Source of the DNA: Candidatus Multivoradales bacterium
Lineage (GTDB): Bacteria > Acidobacteriota > Thermoanaerobaculia > Multivoradales > JAHEKO01
Length of the DNA: 64,000 nucleotides
Assembly (NCBI GenBank): GCA_965223155.1
Contig: CBDCVR010000014.1
Coordinates: forward strand, 192,001 to 256,000
Reading direction: 5' to 3'
The stretch's first letter is position 1. Every line of letters starts with the position of its first letter. The notes beneath the pieces are model-generated. The model was given only the letters and a program-made list of their open reading frames with translations, was not told the origin of the DNA and searched no databases. Positions 28,798 to 38,257 of this stretch are shown here, in pieces. A program made the translations under genes and the position numbers.

Positions 28798-30759
28798 CTA
28801 GGGCAGGCGCAGGGCCACCATCTCGTGAGCGTTCCGGACCAGGAGCACGTCGTCGATCAGCACCGGATGATTCCAGGTCTTGCCCTGAAGGACGTCCACC
28901 CGCGCCACCTCTTCGAAACCGTCGGGCTCCGCCCGGACCAGGGCCAGGTCGCCCTGCTCGCCTAGCACCAGCAGCAGGTCCTGGTCGGCCAGGAGCAGGA
29001 GCTGGCCGTGACCGTACCGTCCCCCTTTCCAGTTGCGCTCACCGGACTCCAGATCGACCGAAGCCAGGATGCTGCCGTCGAAACCGTAGACGTGGCCGCC
29101 GTGGAGGACGAAGTCGTTGTGGTATGGCCTCAACCGGATCGAGCTCCAGCTCTCCTCGACCACGGCGGAGCCCGCGTCCCCTCGCACCGCCAGGCGCCGG
29201 AGCCCCTTGCCCTCGCCCTCGCTCAGCAAGACGGCGCCGTTCCCGGCCACCGCCGGCTGAACGATGCGCACTCCGCCGCGCCAGTCGTACTGCCATAGCC
29301 GGACGCCGTCTCCAGGCCGGACGCTCAGAAGCCCTTCGATTCCGGCGTAAAGGATCTGCTCGGCTCCGTTCAGCACCGCCAGGTGGGGCGAGCTGTAGCT
29401 CGCTCCCCGGCTCTCTCCCCGCCAGCGCTCGTCGCCGGTCTCCCGATCGTAGGCGACCAACCGGCCGCCGGCGGCAACGATCACGTTGCCCGCGACCACC
29501 AGCGGCGACGAGGCGAATCCGTAGTAGGGGACCTTGGCTTCGACGTCGGCGGCAACGTCTCGCGACCAGATGCGGAAACCAGTGACGGCGTCGAGCGCGT
29601 TCAGGATGCCCGTCGCACCGAAGACGAAGAGCCTCGAACCATGGAGCGTGGGCGTGGCCCGGGGACCGGCTCCCGCGGTCGCTTCCCAGAACCGGGCCGG
29701 ATCGCGATGGCGCCAGGCCGGCTCACCGGTCTCGAGGTTGTAGGCGGTCACGACCTCGTCCTCACCACGCTGCTCCTGGGTAAAGGCGAGTCCGCCTCCG
29801 ACCGCGAACGACGACCAGCCCGGCCCTACCGCTCGGCGCCAGAGCTCGACCGGCGGGTCCGAGTCCCAATCGGTGCCGACGGAGGTCCCTGGCACCGTGC
29901 CCTCGCGACGCGGACCCCGGAATCCCGGCCAAGCCGCGGCGATCACCGGCGCTTCGATGGGCTCGGTGGCAACGGCCCCGTCCTGATCGGCCTGATCGGA
30001 AACTCCGGCAGCCGCCGTCGTGGCGTCGACTTGCGCGGTGACCTGTACGACCTGGGCTTCGCCGGCATCAGCACCGCCATCGCCGGCGGGCGCCGCGGCG
30101 GTGGCCGCCCGTCCCGGCTCTGGATCAACGGCCTCGGAAGGCGACCCGCTCTCGACTGAGACGTCGCCTGAGACGGCCTCCTCGGTCGCGGCGACAACCG
30201 GTGCCGGAGTCGATGGCTCGGGATCGGCACCGGCCTCTTCCAGGAGGCGGTCCTCATGCGACTTCGCCCAGCGCCAGGCGAAGTCGTTGTCGGCCGACCC
30301 GGTCATGCCCTCAGTACGCACCAGGGTCCAAGCCCCGCAGGCAACTGCCAGCATCGCCGCCAGCGCCAGCCAGCGCCGGCCGGAGGGAAGACCCTGCGTG
30401 ATCCAAGCCCAAACCACGAGCGCCAAGCACAGCACCGGCACCACGTAGATGACGTACATCCCGCCCATCATGGAGTCGGCGACGGACTGATGCAGCAGAG
30501 ACTTGAAGAGCAGCACGGCCGCGATCACGGCGGCCAGGACTCCAAGCCGCTCACCCCAGCCGGCTCGGCTCAGAAACAGCCACCACAGGATGACCAGCAG
30601 ACCAATACCCATCGCGGACATCAGAGCGACCGCCGTGGCGCCCGGAAAGAGCTCGGGCACCCCGAAACGGGCAAGCCACTGAACCAGGACGAGGACGACA
30701 CCCGGCCAGAGGCGCAAGATACGCTGGCGGCCGGTTCCGGAATCGGACGATGAGCTCAT
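28798..30759 (-). CDS. Membrane-anchored PQQ-binding-like beta-propeller protein
   Basis: N-terminal TM helices, low-complexity linker, WPGFRGP, GPRATP, SYSSP and KTWNHP motifs. Confidence 0.88.
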   Translation of the reverse strand: MSSSSDSGTGRQRILRLWPGVVLVLVQWLARFGVPELFPGATAVALMSAMGIGLLVILWWLFLSRAGWGERLGVLAAVIAAVLLFKSLLHQSVADSMMGGMYVIYVVPVLCLALVVWAWITQGLPSGRRWLALAAMLAVACGAWTLVRTEGMTGSADNDFAWRWAKSHEDRLLEEAGADPEPSTPAPVVAATEEAVSGDVSVESGSPSEAVDPEPGRAATAAAPAGDGGADAGEAQVVQVTAQVDATTAAAGVSDQADQDGAVATEPIEAPVIAAAWPGFRGPRREGTVPGTSVGTDWDSDPPVELWRRAVGPGWSSFAVGGGLAFTQEQRGEDEVVTAYNLETGEPAWRHRDPARFWEATAGAGPRATPTLHGSRLFVFGATGILNALDAVTGFRIWSRDVAADVEAKVPYYGFASSPLVVAGNVIVAAGGRLVAYDRETGDERWRGESRGASYSSPHLAVLNGAEQILYAGIEGLLSVRPGDGVRLWQYDWRGGVRIVQPAVAGNGAVLLSEGEGKGLRRLAVRGDAGSAVVEESWSSIRLRPYHNDFVLHGGHVYGFDGSILASVDLESGERNWKGGRYGHGQLLLLADQDLLLVLGEQGDLALVRAEPDGFEEVARVDVLQGKTWNHPVLIDDVLLVRNAHEMVALRLP

Positions 30760-30830
30760 GACACTCCTCCCTCGGTACCCGTGTCGCTAGGAGCCGAACG
30801 GGCGGTCCAATGTCGAAAACACCCTCGGGA

Positions 30831-30856
30831 TACGGCCTCGCTCGGGCGATGTTTCA
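30831..30856 (-). promoter_or_regulatory. SigW-type (ECF) promoter for the beta-propeller gene
   Basis: Minus strand reads TGAAAC-N16-CGTA, about 70 bp upstream of the ATG at 30759. Confidence 0.65.
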
Positions 30857-30937
30857 TCCAAGGGGGCAGTCCGATGCCACCTGGCGTCCGCGCCTCGACG
30901 GGACCCACCCGCCCGGCTCGACGTCGCACCCGCCGCC

Positions 30938-32128
30938 CTACTCCGACGGCCCACTTGCCGGCTCGAGCCCTCCCGACCCTGCCCCGCGTCCCAACCGCTC
31001 GAGGTAGTGCCGGTCGAAGGCGGCGAGCTGGCTCTCGAGCTCGGAATAGGGACCGGGCGAGTACGCGCGCGAGGCGATTCCCTCCTGGGAGATCCGGCAA
31101 AGCTCCCAGTCCTGGCGGTTGGTCATGTCCCAGAACTCGACCGCTCCCGAGGGATCGAAGCCCTCGGTCTCGACGGCCTCCGGATGGAAGTACCAGTCGC
31201 AGACGATGCGGGTGGACGACGGTCCCTCCGGCTCGCTGCGATGCACGAGAACGTAGTCCGGGTGGAGGCTCACGAAGAGGTTGGGGAACACAGTGTAGTA
31301 GTAGACCAGCTCCAGATCTGGGCCGGCGACCCCGCCCAGAGGCGCCGCGCACGCACGGCCATTCATGGTCATGCTGGCGCCGGCACCCGCCGCCAGCCGC
31401 ATGGGTCCGCCCAGAAAGGGCCCCTCCTCGAGGTCGTTGGTGCTATCCCGATAGGGCGTCAGCCGGTTCAGAATCGGATGCACGTTGGGACAGTGGTAGC
31501 ACTCGCTGTAGTTCTGGAACAGGAGCTTCCAGTTGGCCTCCACTCGGTACTCGGTGCGATGCGCCGACGCCAGCTCCGGCACCCGCCAGGCGGCGAACTT
31601 GCCCGCTAGCGGCGCGAATACCTCGGAGAATGGCTCCGGGGCGGTAGCCAGCGACACGAACAGGAAGCCGTCCAGGCTCTCGAGCGCCGCCTGCCGGAGC
31701 GGCCACTCGGCGCGGTCGAAGCCGGCAACCTCGTCCATCGTCGGAGCCGCCCGAAGCCGACCATCCAGCTCGTAGGTCCAGGCGTGGTACGGACACTGAA
31801 TGCCGCCGCCAAAGCGGCCCGAGTCCTCGGTGCAGAGACGGCTGCCCCGGTGCCGGCAGACGTTGTAGAAGGCCCGGATGCGTCCGTCCCGAGCCCGGGT
31901 CACGAGCAGGCTCTCGCCATCCACTCGTGCCGCGAAGAAGTCTCCGGCTTCGGCTACCTGCGAAACGTGTCCGACGTAGGTCCAGGCGCGGGAGAAGATG
32001 CGCTCGCGTTCGGTTCGGTAGATCTCGGCGGCCGTGTAGTACTCCCCGGGCAGAGTGCGCGCGCCGGCGGCGGTCCGAGCCTGGTCGGCCTCGAAGGATG
32101 TCGAATCCCGACTGTCCGGCGGCGCCAT
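30938..32128 (-). CDS. Rieske non-heme iron oxygenase alpha subunit (choline monooxygenase/GbcA-like)
   Basis: CRHRG and CPYHAW Rieske ligands; NWK..ECYHC..VH; QDW. TGATG coupling to the upstream gene. Confidence 0.92.
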   Translation of the reverse strand: MAPPDSRDSTSFEADQARTAAGARTLPGEYYTAAEIYRTERERIFSRAWTYVGHVSQVAEAGDFFAARVDGESLLVTRARDGRIRAFYNVCRHRGSRLCTEDSGRFGGGIQCPYHAWTYELDGRLRAAPTMDEVAGFDRAEWPLRQAALESLDGFLFVSLATAPEPFSEVFAPLAGKFAAWRVPELASAHRTEYRVEANWKLLFQNYSECYHCPNVHPILNRLTPYRDSTNDLEEGPFLGGPMRLAAGAGASMTMNGRACAAPLGGVAGPDLELVYYYTVFPNLFVSLHPDYVLVHRSEPEGPSSTRIVCDWYFHPEAVETEGFDPSGAVEFWDMTNRQDWELCRISQEGIASRAYSPGPYSELESQLAAFDRHYLERLGRGAGSGGLEPASGPSE

Positions 32129-33495
32129 CAGGCCACCCAGACCGTCTTGACGTTGACAAACTCGTACATGCCGAAGGTCCCCAGCTCGCGACCATATCCG
32201 GAGTCCCGGACGCCGCCAAAGGGCAAACGCGGATCGCTCCGGACGAAGGCGTTGACGAAGCAATTGCCGGCCTCGAGCCGGCTCCGGGCCAGAATCTCGG
32301 CCCGTTCGGAGTCACCCGAGAACACCGCCCCGCCCAGACCGAAGGACGAATCGTTGGCGATCTCGAGCGCCTCCTCCTCGTCCCGGGCCGGCAGGATCGC
32401 GGCCACCGGACCGAAGAGCTCCTCGTCGTAGGCCGGCATCCCCGGACCGACGTCCGCGAGCACCGTCGGCGGGTACCAAGCGCCCGGCCCTTCGGGAGGC
32501 TCGCCGCCGGCGAGAAGGCGAGCTCCCGCTCGGACACTTACTTCGACCTGGCGGTGGAGCTCATCCCGCAGATCGACCCGCGCCAGGGGACCGACCTGGG
32601 TGCTCTCTTCGAGTGGATCGCCGACCCGGCGAGCGGTCATCGCCTCAACGACCGCGCTCTCGAACTCCGGGCGCGGACCCGGGGTCACCACGAAGCGCTT
32701 GGCCGCGATACAGCTCTGCCCGCCGTTCAAGAGCCGGCCGGTAACGCACTGCTCCACCGCCAGCTCGACATCGGCGTCATCCAGGACGACATAGGGATCG
32801 CTGCCGCCCAGCTCGAGGACAGTTTTCTTGAGATGACGTCCCGCCGCCCCCGCCACCGCCCGGCCCGCCGGGGTGCTGCCGGTCAGGGTAACCCCGCGCA
32901 CGCGCTCATCGGCGATCAGCTCCGCGACGCGGCCGCTGCCGACGGCCAGCACTTCGAGAACTCCCTCCGGATACCCCGCCGCGGACATCACCTCGGCGAT
33001 TGCTTCGGCGCAGCCCTGGACGTTCGAGGCGTGCTTGAGCAACACCACGTTGCCGGCGGTCACGTGCGGCGCGATCACCCGGAACACCTGCCAGAAGGGA
33101 AAGTTCCAAGGCATGATCGCCAGCAGCGGACCCAGCGGCTCGAAGGCGACGTAGCTCCGCGAAGCGTCGGTGGCGATCGGCCGGTCGGCGAGCAGTCCGG
33201 GCGCGGCGTCCGCGTAGTGGCGGCAGACCCAGGCGCATTTCTCGATCTCCGCCCGCCCCTCCCGGACGGGTTTGCCCATCTCCCGGGCCATGAGCTCGGC
33301 GTAGCCGGCCTTGCCATCCTCGAGAGCCGCGGCCGCCGCCCGCAGAGGCTCGAGACGTGCCGCTAGCGGCTCGGCCCGCCACCGCCGGAACGTAGCGGCC
33401 GACCGGGCCAGCCGAAGGTCGACAGCGGCAGGGTCCGGCTCGTCATACGTCCGGACCAACCTGCCATCGACCGGATTGATGCTTACCAGGGCCAT
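32128..33495 (-). CDS. NAD(P)-dependent succinate-semialdehyde dehydrogenase-like aldehyde dehydrogenase
   Basis: MPWNFP, LKHASN, LTGS, ELGGSD, GQSCIAAKR and EELFGP motifs. Start at ATG 33495. Confidence 0.93.
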   Translation of the reverse strand: MALVSINPVDGRLVRTYDEPDPAAVDLRLARSAATFRRWRAEPLAARLEPLRAAAAALEDGKAGYAELMAREMGKPVREGRAEIEKCAWVCRHYADAAPGLLADRPIATDASRSYVAFEPLGPLLAIMPWNFPFWQVFRVIAPHVTAGNVVLLKHASNVQGCAEAIAEVMSAAGYPEGVLEVLAVGSGRVAELIADERVRGVTLTGSTPAGRAVAGAAGRHLKKTVLELGGSDPYVVLDDADVELAVEQCVTGRLLNGGQSCIAAKRFVVTPGPRPEFESAVVEAMTARRVGDPLEESTQVGPLARVDLRDELHRQVEVSVRAGARLLAGGEPPEGPGAWYPPTVLADVGPGMPAYDEELFGPVAAILPARDEEEALEIANDSSFGLGGAVFSGDSERAEILARSRLEAGNCFVNAFVRSDPRLPFGGVRDSGYGRELGTFGMYEFVNVKTVWVA

Positions 33496-33650
33496 CGATG
33501 GATAATGGTACTTCGTGTTCCCTACCCGAAGGGGTGTGTCGCTTCGATCGCCGCTACCATTAGATTGCCGGCACAACGCATACGACCTCACCCCGGAACT
33601 GGGGGAGAACCGGCGCAAAGCTTCTAGCAACCAAACGAGAGAGGAAGTCC

Positions 33651-34046
33651 ATGACAACAACGAACAAGACCCCACGGTTTCTGCTTGCCGCGAGTCTCGC
33701 CGTCTTCGCGGCGGTCGCGCTTCTGGCTGCCTGCGGTGGCAGCGGTGGCGGCGACGCCGGCGGTGGCGACGCGGTCGCCCAGGGCCACGACGAGTTCAAG
33801 AAGATTTGCGCGGTCTGCCACGGCCCGGACGGCGAAGGCATGCCGCGCCTAGGCAAAGACCTGCACAACAACGAGTTCGTCGAGTCCTCGTCCGACGACG
33901 AGTTGGTGGCCTTCATCATCGAAGGCCGGACGGCGACCCATCCGGACAACACTCGCGGTGTAGACATGCCTCCGCGGGGCGGCAACCCGAACCTGTCCGA
34001 GGCGCAGATCCGGCAAATCATCGCCTACATGCGAAGCCTGAACTGA
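33651..34046 (+). CDS. Monoheme cytochrome c lipoprotein
   Basis: LAAC lipobox, CAVCH and MPPRGGNP; GAGG RBS. Confidence 0.9.
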   Translation: MTTTNKTPRFLLAASLAVFAAVALLAACGGSGGGDAGGGDAVAQGHDEFKKICAVCHGPDGEGMPRLGKDLHNNEFVESSSDDELVAFIIEGRTATHPDNTRGVDMPPRGGNPNLSEAQIRQIIAYMRSLN

Positions 34047-34079
34047 CGGCGTGGCTTCGAGCCGCGACGCCCAGACTCG

Positions 34080-34358
34080 ATGGAGAAGGCTCCCGAACCG
34101 CGGGCGCACGCTGCCCGTGTCCACGTCGCGACCCTGGCCTTGTTCCTGGTCCTCGGCATCCCGATGGTCGCCTACCTCTGGGAGACCGTGCATCCGGTCC
34201 TGGCCTGGAGGGCGAGTCCGATGCGCCTGGCGGTCCCGGTCCTGGTCATGGCAGTGCTCCTCTCAGTCGGTCGGAGACCATGTCGCCGCCGGCGACCACG
34301 GGCTTCGCGCCCCGGCTGGACAAGCTGGGCTGGTGGGTTGTCGCCACGGTGGTGCTGA
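34080..34358 (+). CDS. Small two-TM membrane protein, probably truncated at its 3' end
   Basis: LFLVLGIPMVAYLWETV plus a second hydrophobic helix, then a junk-like Arg-rich tail after about 34270. Confidence 0.5.
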   Translation: MEKAPEPRAHAARVHVATLALFLVLGIPMVAYLWETVHPVLAWRASPMRLAVPVLVMAVLLSVGRRPCRRRRPRASRPGWTSWAGGLSPRWC

Positions 34359-34432
34359 TCGCGATCGCCTACGGACCCTTCTTCATCGGGCGGTCGCTCC
34401 ACATGATCTCGCCCGGATATACGTTCTTCTAG
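34271..34432 (+). pseudogene. Remnant resembling the C-terminal helix of ba3-type cytochrome c oxidase subunit I
   Basis: SETMSPPATTGFAPRLDKLGWWVVATVVLIAIAYGPFF...SPGYTFF resembles the CbaA tail (DRIGFW...LAYGP...PGW) as I recall it; the rest of the gene is absent. Confidence 0.55.
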
Positions 34433-35301
34433 CCCAATAGGAGATCGGCGGTCGCGGTCAGGAAGAGCCAGGTGGCCAGCAGTCCGTTGGCCAGGAAGAA
34501 GGCCGCATTGAGGCGGCTCAGATCCCCGGGCCGCACCACCCAGTGCTGGTAGGCAAGGAGGACGGCGCAACCCGCGACTCCGAGCCAGTAGAGACCGCCG
34601 AGACCCGGGTACACCCTCGGCAGCAGGCCCAAGAGAACGATCATGCCGGCGTGGAGCGCCGCCGAGATCCACAGCGCTCCGCGCTCGCCGAAACGGGCCG
34701 GAATCGAGTGGAGGCCCCGGCCACGGTCGAACTCGAGATCCTGGAGAGCGTAGAGAACGTCGAAGCCGGCCACCCAGAGCAAGACGGCCGCGGCCAGAAC
34801 CAGCGGCGGCGCGCTCACCTCCCCGCGCACCGCGATCCAGGCTCCGAGCGGAGCGCCGGCCAGCGCCAGGCCCAGCACCAGATGGGACGCGGCGGTGAAG
34901 CGTTTCGTGTACGAGTAGCCCAGGAGCACCACCAGGGCCACCGGCGCCAGAGCCAGGCAGAGAGGATTGAGCCTCCAGGCCGCCACCAGCAGCAGCCCGG
35001 CGCTGGCGGCGATGAAGGCCGCCACGAAACCGGGACCCACCTCGCCCGCGGGCAACGCCCGGCCGGCGGTGCGCTGATTGGCGGCGTCGATGTGCCGGTC
35101 GGCCAGCCGGTTGAACGCCATCGCGGCGCTCCGGGCCCCCACCATGGCCACCACGATCCAGCCCACCGTGCGCCACGGCGGCCAGCCCCCGGCGGCCAGC
35201 GTCATCCCCAAGAAGGCGAACGGCAAGGCGAAGACCGTGTGCTCGAACTTGATCATCCGGAGCACGGTGGCGAGGGGGTTCGCGCCGGACTGTGCGGTCA
35301 T
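34429..35301 (-). CDS. UbiA-family prenyltransferase (MqnP/4-hydroxybenzoate type)
   Basis: IKFEHTVFALPF, AMAFNRLADRHID, YSYTKR and GFDVLYALQD motifs. Confidence 0.92.
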   Translation of the reverse strand: MTAQSGANPLATVLRMIKFEHTVFALPFAFLGMTLAAGGWPPWRTVGWIVVAMVGARSAAMAFNRLADRHIDAANQRTAGRALPAGEVGPGFVAAFIAASAGLLLVAAWRLNPLCLALAPVALVVLLGYSYTKRFTAASHLVLGLALAGAPLGAWIAVRGEVSAPPLVLAAAVLLWVAGFDVLYALQDLEFDRGRGLHSIPARFGERGALWISAALHAGMIVLLGLLPRVYPGLGGLYWLGVAGCAVLLAYQHWVVRPGDLSRLNAAFFLANGLLATWLFLTATADLLLG

Positions 35302-35431
35302 ACGCCGCGCATCCTACGGCGAGAGCCGGCGCTTCGCCAGGCGGCGGTTGTCTCGTGGTTGCCCGGCCCATCGCCTTGCCGTCCAGTGCGGACGGACGGC
35401 CGAACGTCGGGAAAGATCCCGGAACAACTCC

Positions 35432-35459
35432 TTGACAATCCGGACAGGGAGGTTAGAAT
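35432..35459 (+). promoter_or_regulatory. Sigma70-type promoter of the GH16 gene
   Basis: TTGACA-N16-TAGAAT. Confidence 0.7.
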
Positions 35460-35466
35460 CACTGAG

Positions 35467-35480
35467 CTAAATCGTTTTAG
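35467..35480. promoter_or_regulatory. LacI-family-like operator
   Basis: CTAAATCGTTTTAG: palindrome with central CG and one mismatch, just downstream of the -10 box. Confidence 0.6.
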
Positions 35481-35537
35481 TCAATCATCTTGTCCGCCGA
35501 ACCCGGCAGGACCGGCGGGCGACACCGGAGGTACGAC

Positions 35538-36722
35538 ATGCGCCAACAGGCAAGGCTCTTTCTGGGTCCGGCAGTGATCTTCTCGTCCCTCGCGGTCCTC
35601 TTGCTCGCGCTCCCCTCGGCCGCGGACGCCCAACTCGTGTGGAGCGAGGAGTTCGACAGCGGTAGTGCGCCGGACCCGAGCGTCTGGTCCCACGACCTGG
35701 GAGGGGGCGGCTGGGGCAACAGCGAGCTGCAGGAGTACACCGACGACCCAGCCAACGTCCGGGTGGACGGCGGTCATCTGGTCATCACCGTCCAGGAAGA
35801 GATCCTGCGGGGCAATCGCCGCAGGTTCACCTCGGCCCGGATCAAGACCGAGGACCGGCTGACGGTCCAGTACGGAACCATCGAGGCGCGCATCATGGTT
35901 CCGGACCTGGCCGACGGCCTCTGGCCTGCCTTCTGGACCCTGGGCAACAATTTCAGCGAGGTCAGCTGGCCGGACTGCGGCGAGCTGGACGTCCTCGAGA
36001 TGGGCTCCGAAGCCGCCATCCAGGAGGGGGTCGTCAACCGCCGCGTCTCGTCGACCGCCCATTGGGAGCACGAAACCAGCCATGCCGCCTACGGCCTGAG
36101 CTACGACAGCCCGACGGATCTCGCCGGCAGCTTCCATACCTACCGCATGGAGTGGACCCCGACCCTGGTCTCGACCTACGTCGACAACAATTGGATCTGG
36201 TCGATCGACATCACGCCCGGCTCGTGCACGGATTGCACCGAGTTTCATCAGCCTCACTTCCTGATCCTGAACCTGGCGGTGGGCGGTACCTTTCCAGGTC
36301 TCTTTCGCGCCGCCGACATCACCGCGCCGATCCCGGCGGAGATGGTCGTGGACTGGGTCAGGATCTACGACAACGGCTTCACCATCCTGGGCGGCAGCTC
36401 GATCGGCGGCGGCAGCGAGTTCACTCACGTCGATGCGATCGTCCCGGGAACCTCGGGCGGCGGGCCCAACAAGCGGGCGACCGCCACGGTCACGGTTCTG
36501 GACGAGGACGGCGCTCCGGTCGGCGGGGCGAGCGTCACCGGCACCTTTACGGGCTCGCACAACGAGACCGTGACCGCCACGACCGACGCCGGCGGGGTCG
36601 CGTCTCTGGTCACCAACGGCCGCGATCGGAATCCTGCCTTCCAGGTCTGCGTTGACGACGTCGGCCACGCGACCATGACCTACGATCCGGCGGCCAACGT
36701 CGAGACCTGCGACAACTACTGA
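35538..36722 (+). CDS. Secreted glycoside hydrolase family 16 (beta-1,3-glucanase-like) with a C-terminal beta-sandwich domain
   Basis: WSEEFD, GWGNSELQEY, TSARI, WPAFW, catalytic ELDVLE, LNLAVGG; GGAGG RBS. Confidence 0.93.
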   Translation: MRQQARLFLGPAVIFSSLAVLLLALPSAADAQLVWSEEFDSGSAPDPSVWSHDLGGGGWGNSELQEYTDDPANVRVDGGHLVITVQEEILRGNRRRFTSARIKTEDRLTVQYGTIEARIMVPDLADGLWPAFWTLGNNFSEVSWPDCGELDVLEMGSEAAIQEGVVNRRVSSTAHWEHETSHAAYGLSYDSPTDLAGSFHTYRMEWTPTLVSTYVDNNWIWSIDITPGSCTDCTEFHQPHFLILNLAVGGTFPGLFRAADITAPIPAEMVVDWVRIYDNGFTILGGSSIGGGSEFTHVDAIVPGTSGGGPNKRATATVTVLDEDGAPVGGASVTGTFTGSHNETVTATTDAGGVASLVTNGRDRNPAFQVCVDDVGHATMTYDPAANVETCDNY

Positions 36723-36856
36723 GGGACCAGGGGTTTCGGATCTCGTGGCGCGGGCTCCCTAGCCGCGGTTAGAGCCTACGCACCCAGCGAGCCGGTGATA
36801 CCGTCACCCGCGCGCGGGAGCTTCCCTCTCGGCCCGCGCTTCCTTGGGAGGAAGCC

Positions 36857-37996
36857 ATGACCTCAGCCCTCTTTGCCCCTAGAACTTCGAGTACCTCGAG
36901 CACTTCGACCCGGGCCGCCGCGGCCGCTCTCGCCCTCGTCACGGCGCTGGCAGCGGCCGCGCCCGCGGCCTCTGAGGAACCCCAGGCCAACGCCGCCGGC
37001 GGCACCGCCCAGGCCGTTCCGGCCGTGGTCACCGGCGCCGGCTTCAAGTTCACCGAGGTCCGACCAGGCGTCTGGCACGTCCAGGGCCTGGGAGAGGTAG
37101 CCGCCGGCAGCAACGGCGCTCTGGTCGTGGGCGAGCGGGACTGCCTCTTGGTGGACTCCCATATGACGCCGGCCGCGGCGCGAGCGTTGCTGATTGACCT
37201 GCCCAAGGTCACCGACAAGTCCATCCGGTATGTCGTCAATACTCACTTTCATTTCGATCACGTTCAGGGCAACCAGGTCTTCGGTCCCGACGTGGAGCTC
37301 ATCGCTCACGAATGGACCGCCGAACGGATCCAGGCCGGAGCTTCCCGGCGCGGCAGGGCCTACGAGTTCTTCATCGGCGGCGGCCCATCCCGCATCGAGG
37401 CCATGAAGGACCGGCTCCAAGCGGACGCCGAACTGCCGGACGAAGAACGGGAGAGGATCGGCCAGGGCATCGCCCGCACCCAAGCGCTCCTCGACCAGGA
37501 CGCCGAAACGGTGCTCACCGCGCCGACCCTGACACTGGACAGCTCGGTCACGCTAACGCGTGGCGGCCGCGAGATCGAGCTTCACTTCTTCGGGCGCGGG
37601 CACACGGCGGGCGACATCGTCGTCTACCTGCCCGAGGAGCGCATCCTGATCTCCGGAGACTTGGTGGTGCAGCACCTCCCCTACCTGGGCGACGCCTATC
37701 TCGAGGAATGGGCCGACACCCTCGGCGTCGTCGGCGAGCTGCCTATCGAAGCCATCCTGCCGGGACACGGCAACGTGATCGAGGGCGCCGAGCGCATCGG
37801 GCACCTGGAAAGCTACCTGCGCGATCTCTGGAGCCAAGTCGTCGCCAGCCACGAGGCCGGCGTCTCGGCCGAAGAGGCGGCCCAGACGATCGACATGACC
37901 GCTCACGCCGTCCACTACCTCGAGATCGAAGGTCCGGGAGCCCCGCTCCACGGCGTCGAGCGCGCCTACGCGCTCCTGGACGGCAGCGAGCCCTAG
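36857..37996 (+). CDS. Secreted MBL-fold metallo-hydrolase
   Basis: NTHFHFDH, GHTAGD, SGDL and PGHG motifs. Confidence 0.9.
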   Translation: MTSALFAPRTSSTSSTSTRAAAAALALVTALAAAAPAASEEPQANAAGGTAQAVPAVVTGAGFKFTEVRPGVWHVQGLGEVAAGSNGALVVGERDCLLVDSHMTPAAARALLIDLPKVTDKSIRYVVNTHFHFDHVQGNQVFGPDVELIAHEWTAERIQAGASRRGRAYEFFIGGGPSRIEAMKDRLQADAELPDEERERIGQGIARTQALLDQDAETVLTAPTLTLDSSVTLTRGGREIELHFFGRGHTAGDIVVYLPEERILISGDLVVQHLPYLGDAYLEEWADTLGVVGELPIEAILPGHGNVIEGAERIGHLESYLRDLWSQVVASHEAGVSAEEAAQTIDMTAHAVHYLEIEGPGAPLHGVERAYALLDGSEP

Positions 37997-38257
37997 CCTC
38001 GCAGTTCGTACCAGCGCTTGGCCAGTAGGCCGCGGCTCCGGTTCGATTGGCCCGATTCGGGCCGATCGGGCCAGCCCGCCCCGACGGGCGGGAACCCGGT
38101 GCCGGCCGGGTGGTGTGCGAACGCGCCCGATTGCATAGCGTTCCAAGCAATGTCATACGCGAACGGTCCCGAGGGAGCTATCGCTCGCGCGCTGCCTGGC
38201 CGCGCAACTGCGCCGGCCGCCGGAACCGGCCCGAACCGAACCGAAAGGAGACTCGCC

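Noticed and set aside
33500-33610. TACCC-N4-GGGT and CCCC-N6-GGGG palindromes and a TAATGGTA/TACCATTA inverted repeat before the cytochrome c gene
   Set aside because: Could be operators, but too short and GC-rich to assign to a regulator.
38125-38160. FNR/DNR box upstream of nirS
   Set aside because: TTGCATAGCGTTCCAA does not fit TTGAT-N4-ATCAA in spacing or sequence.
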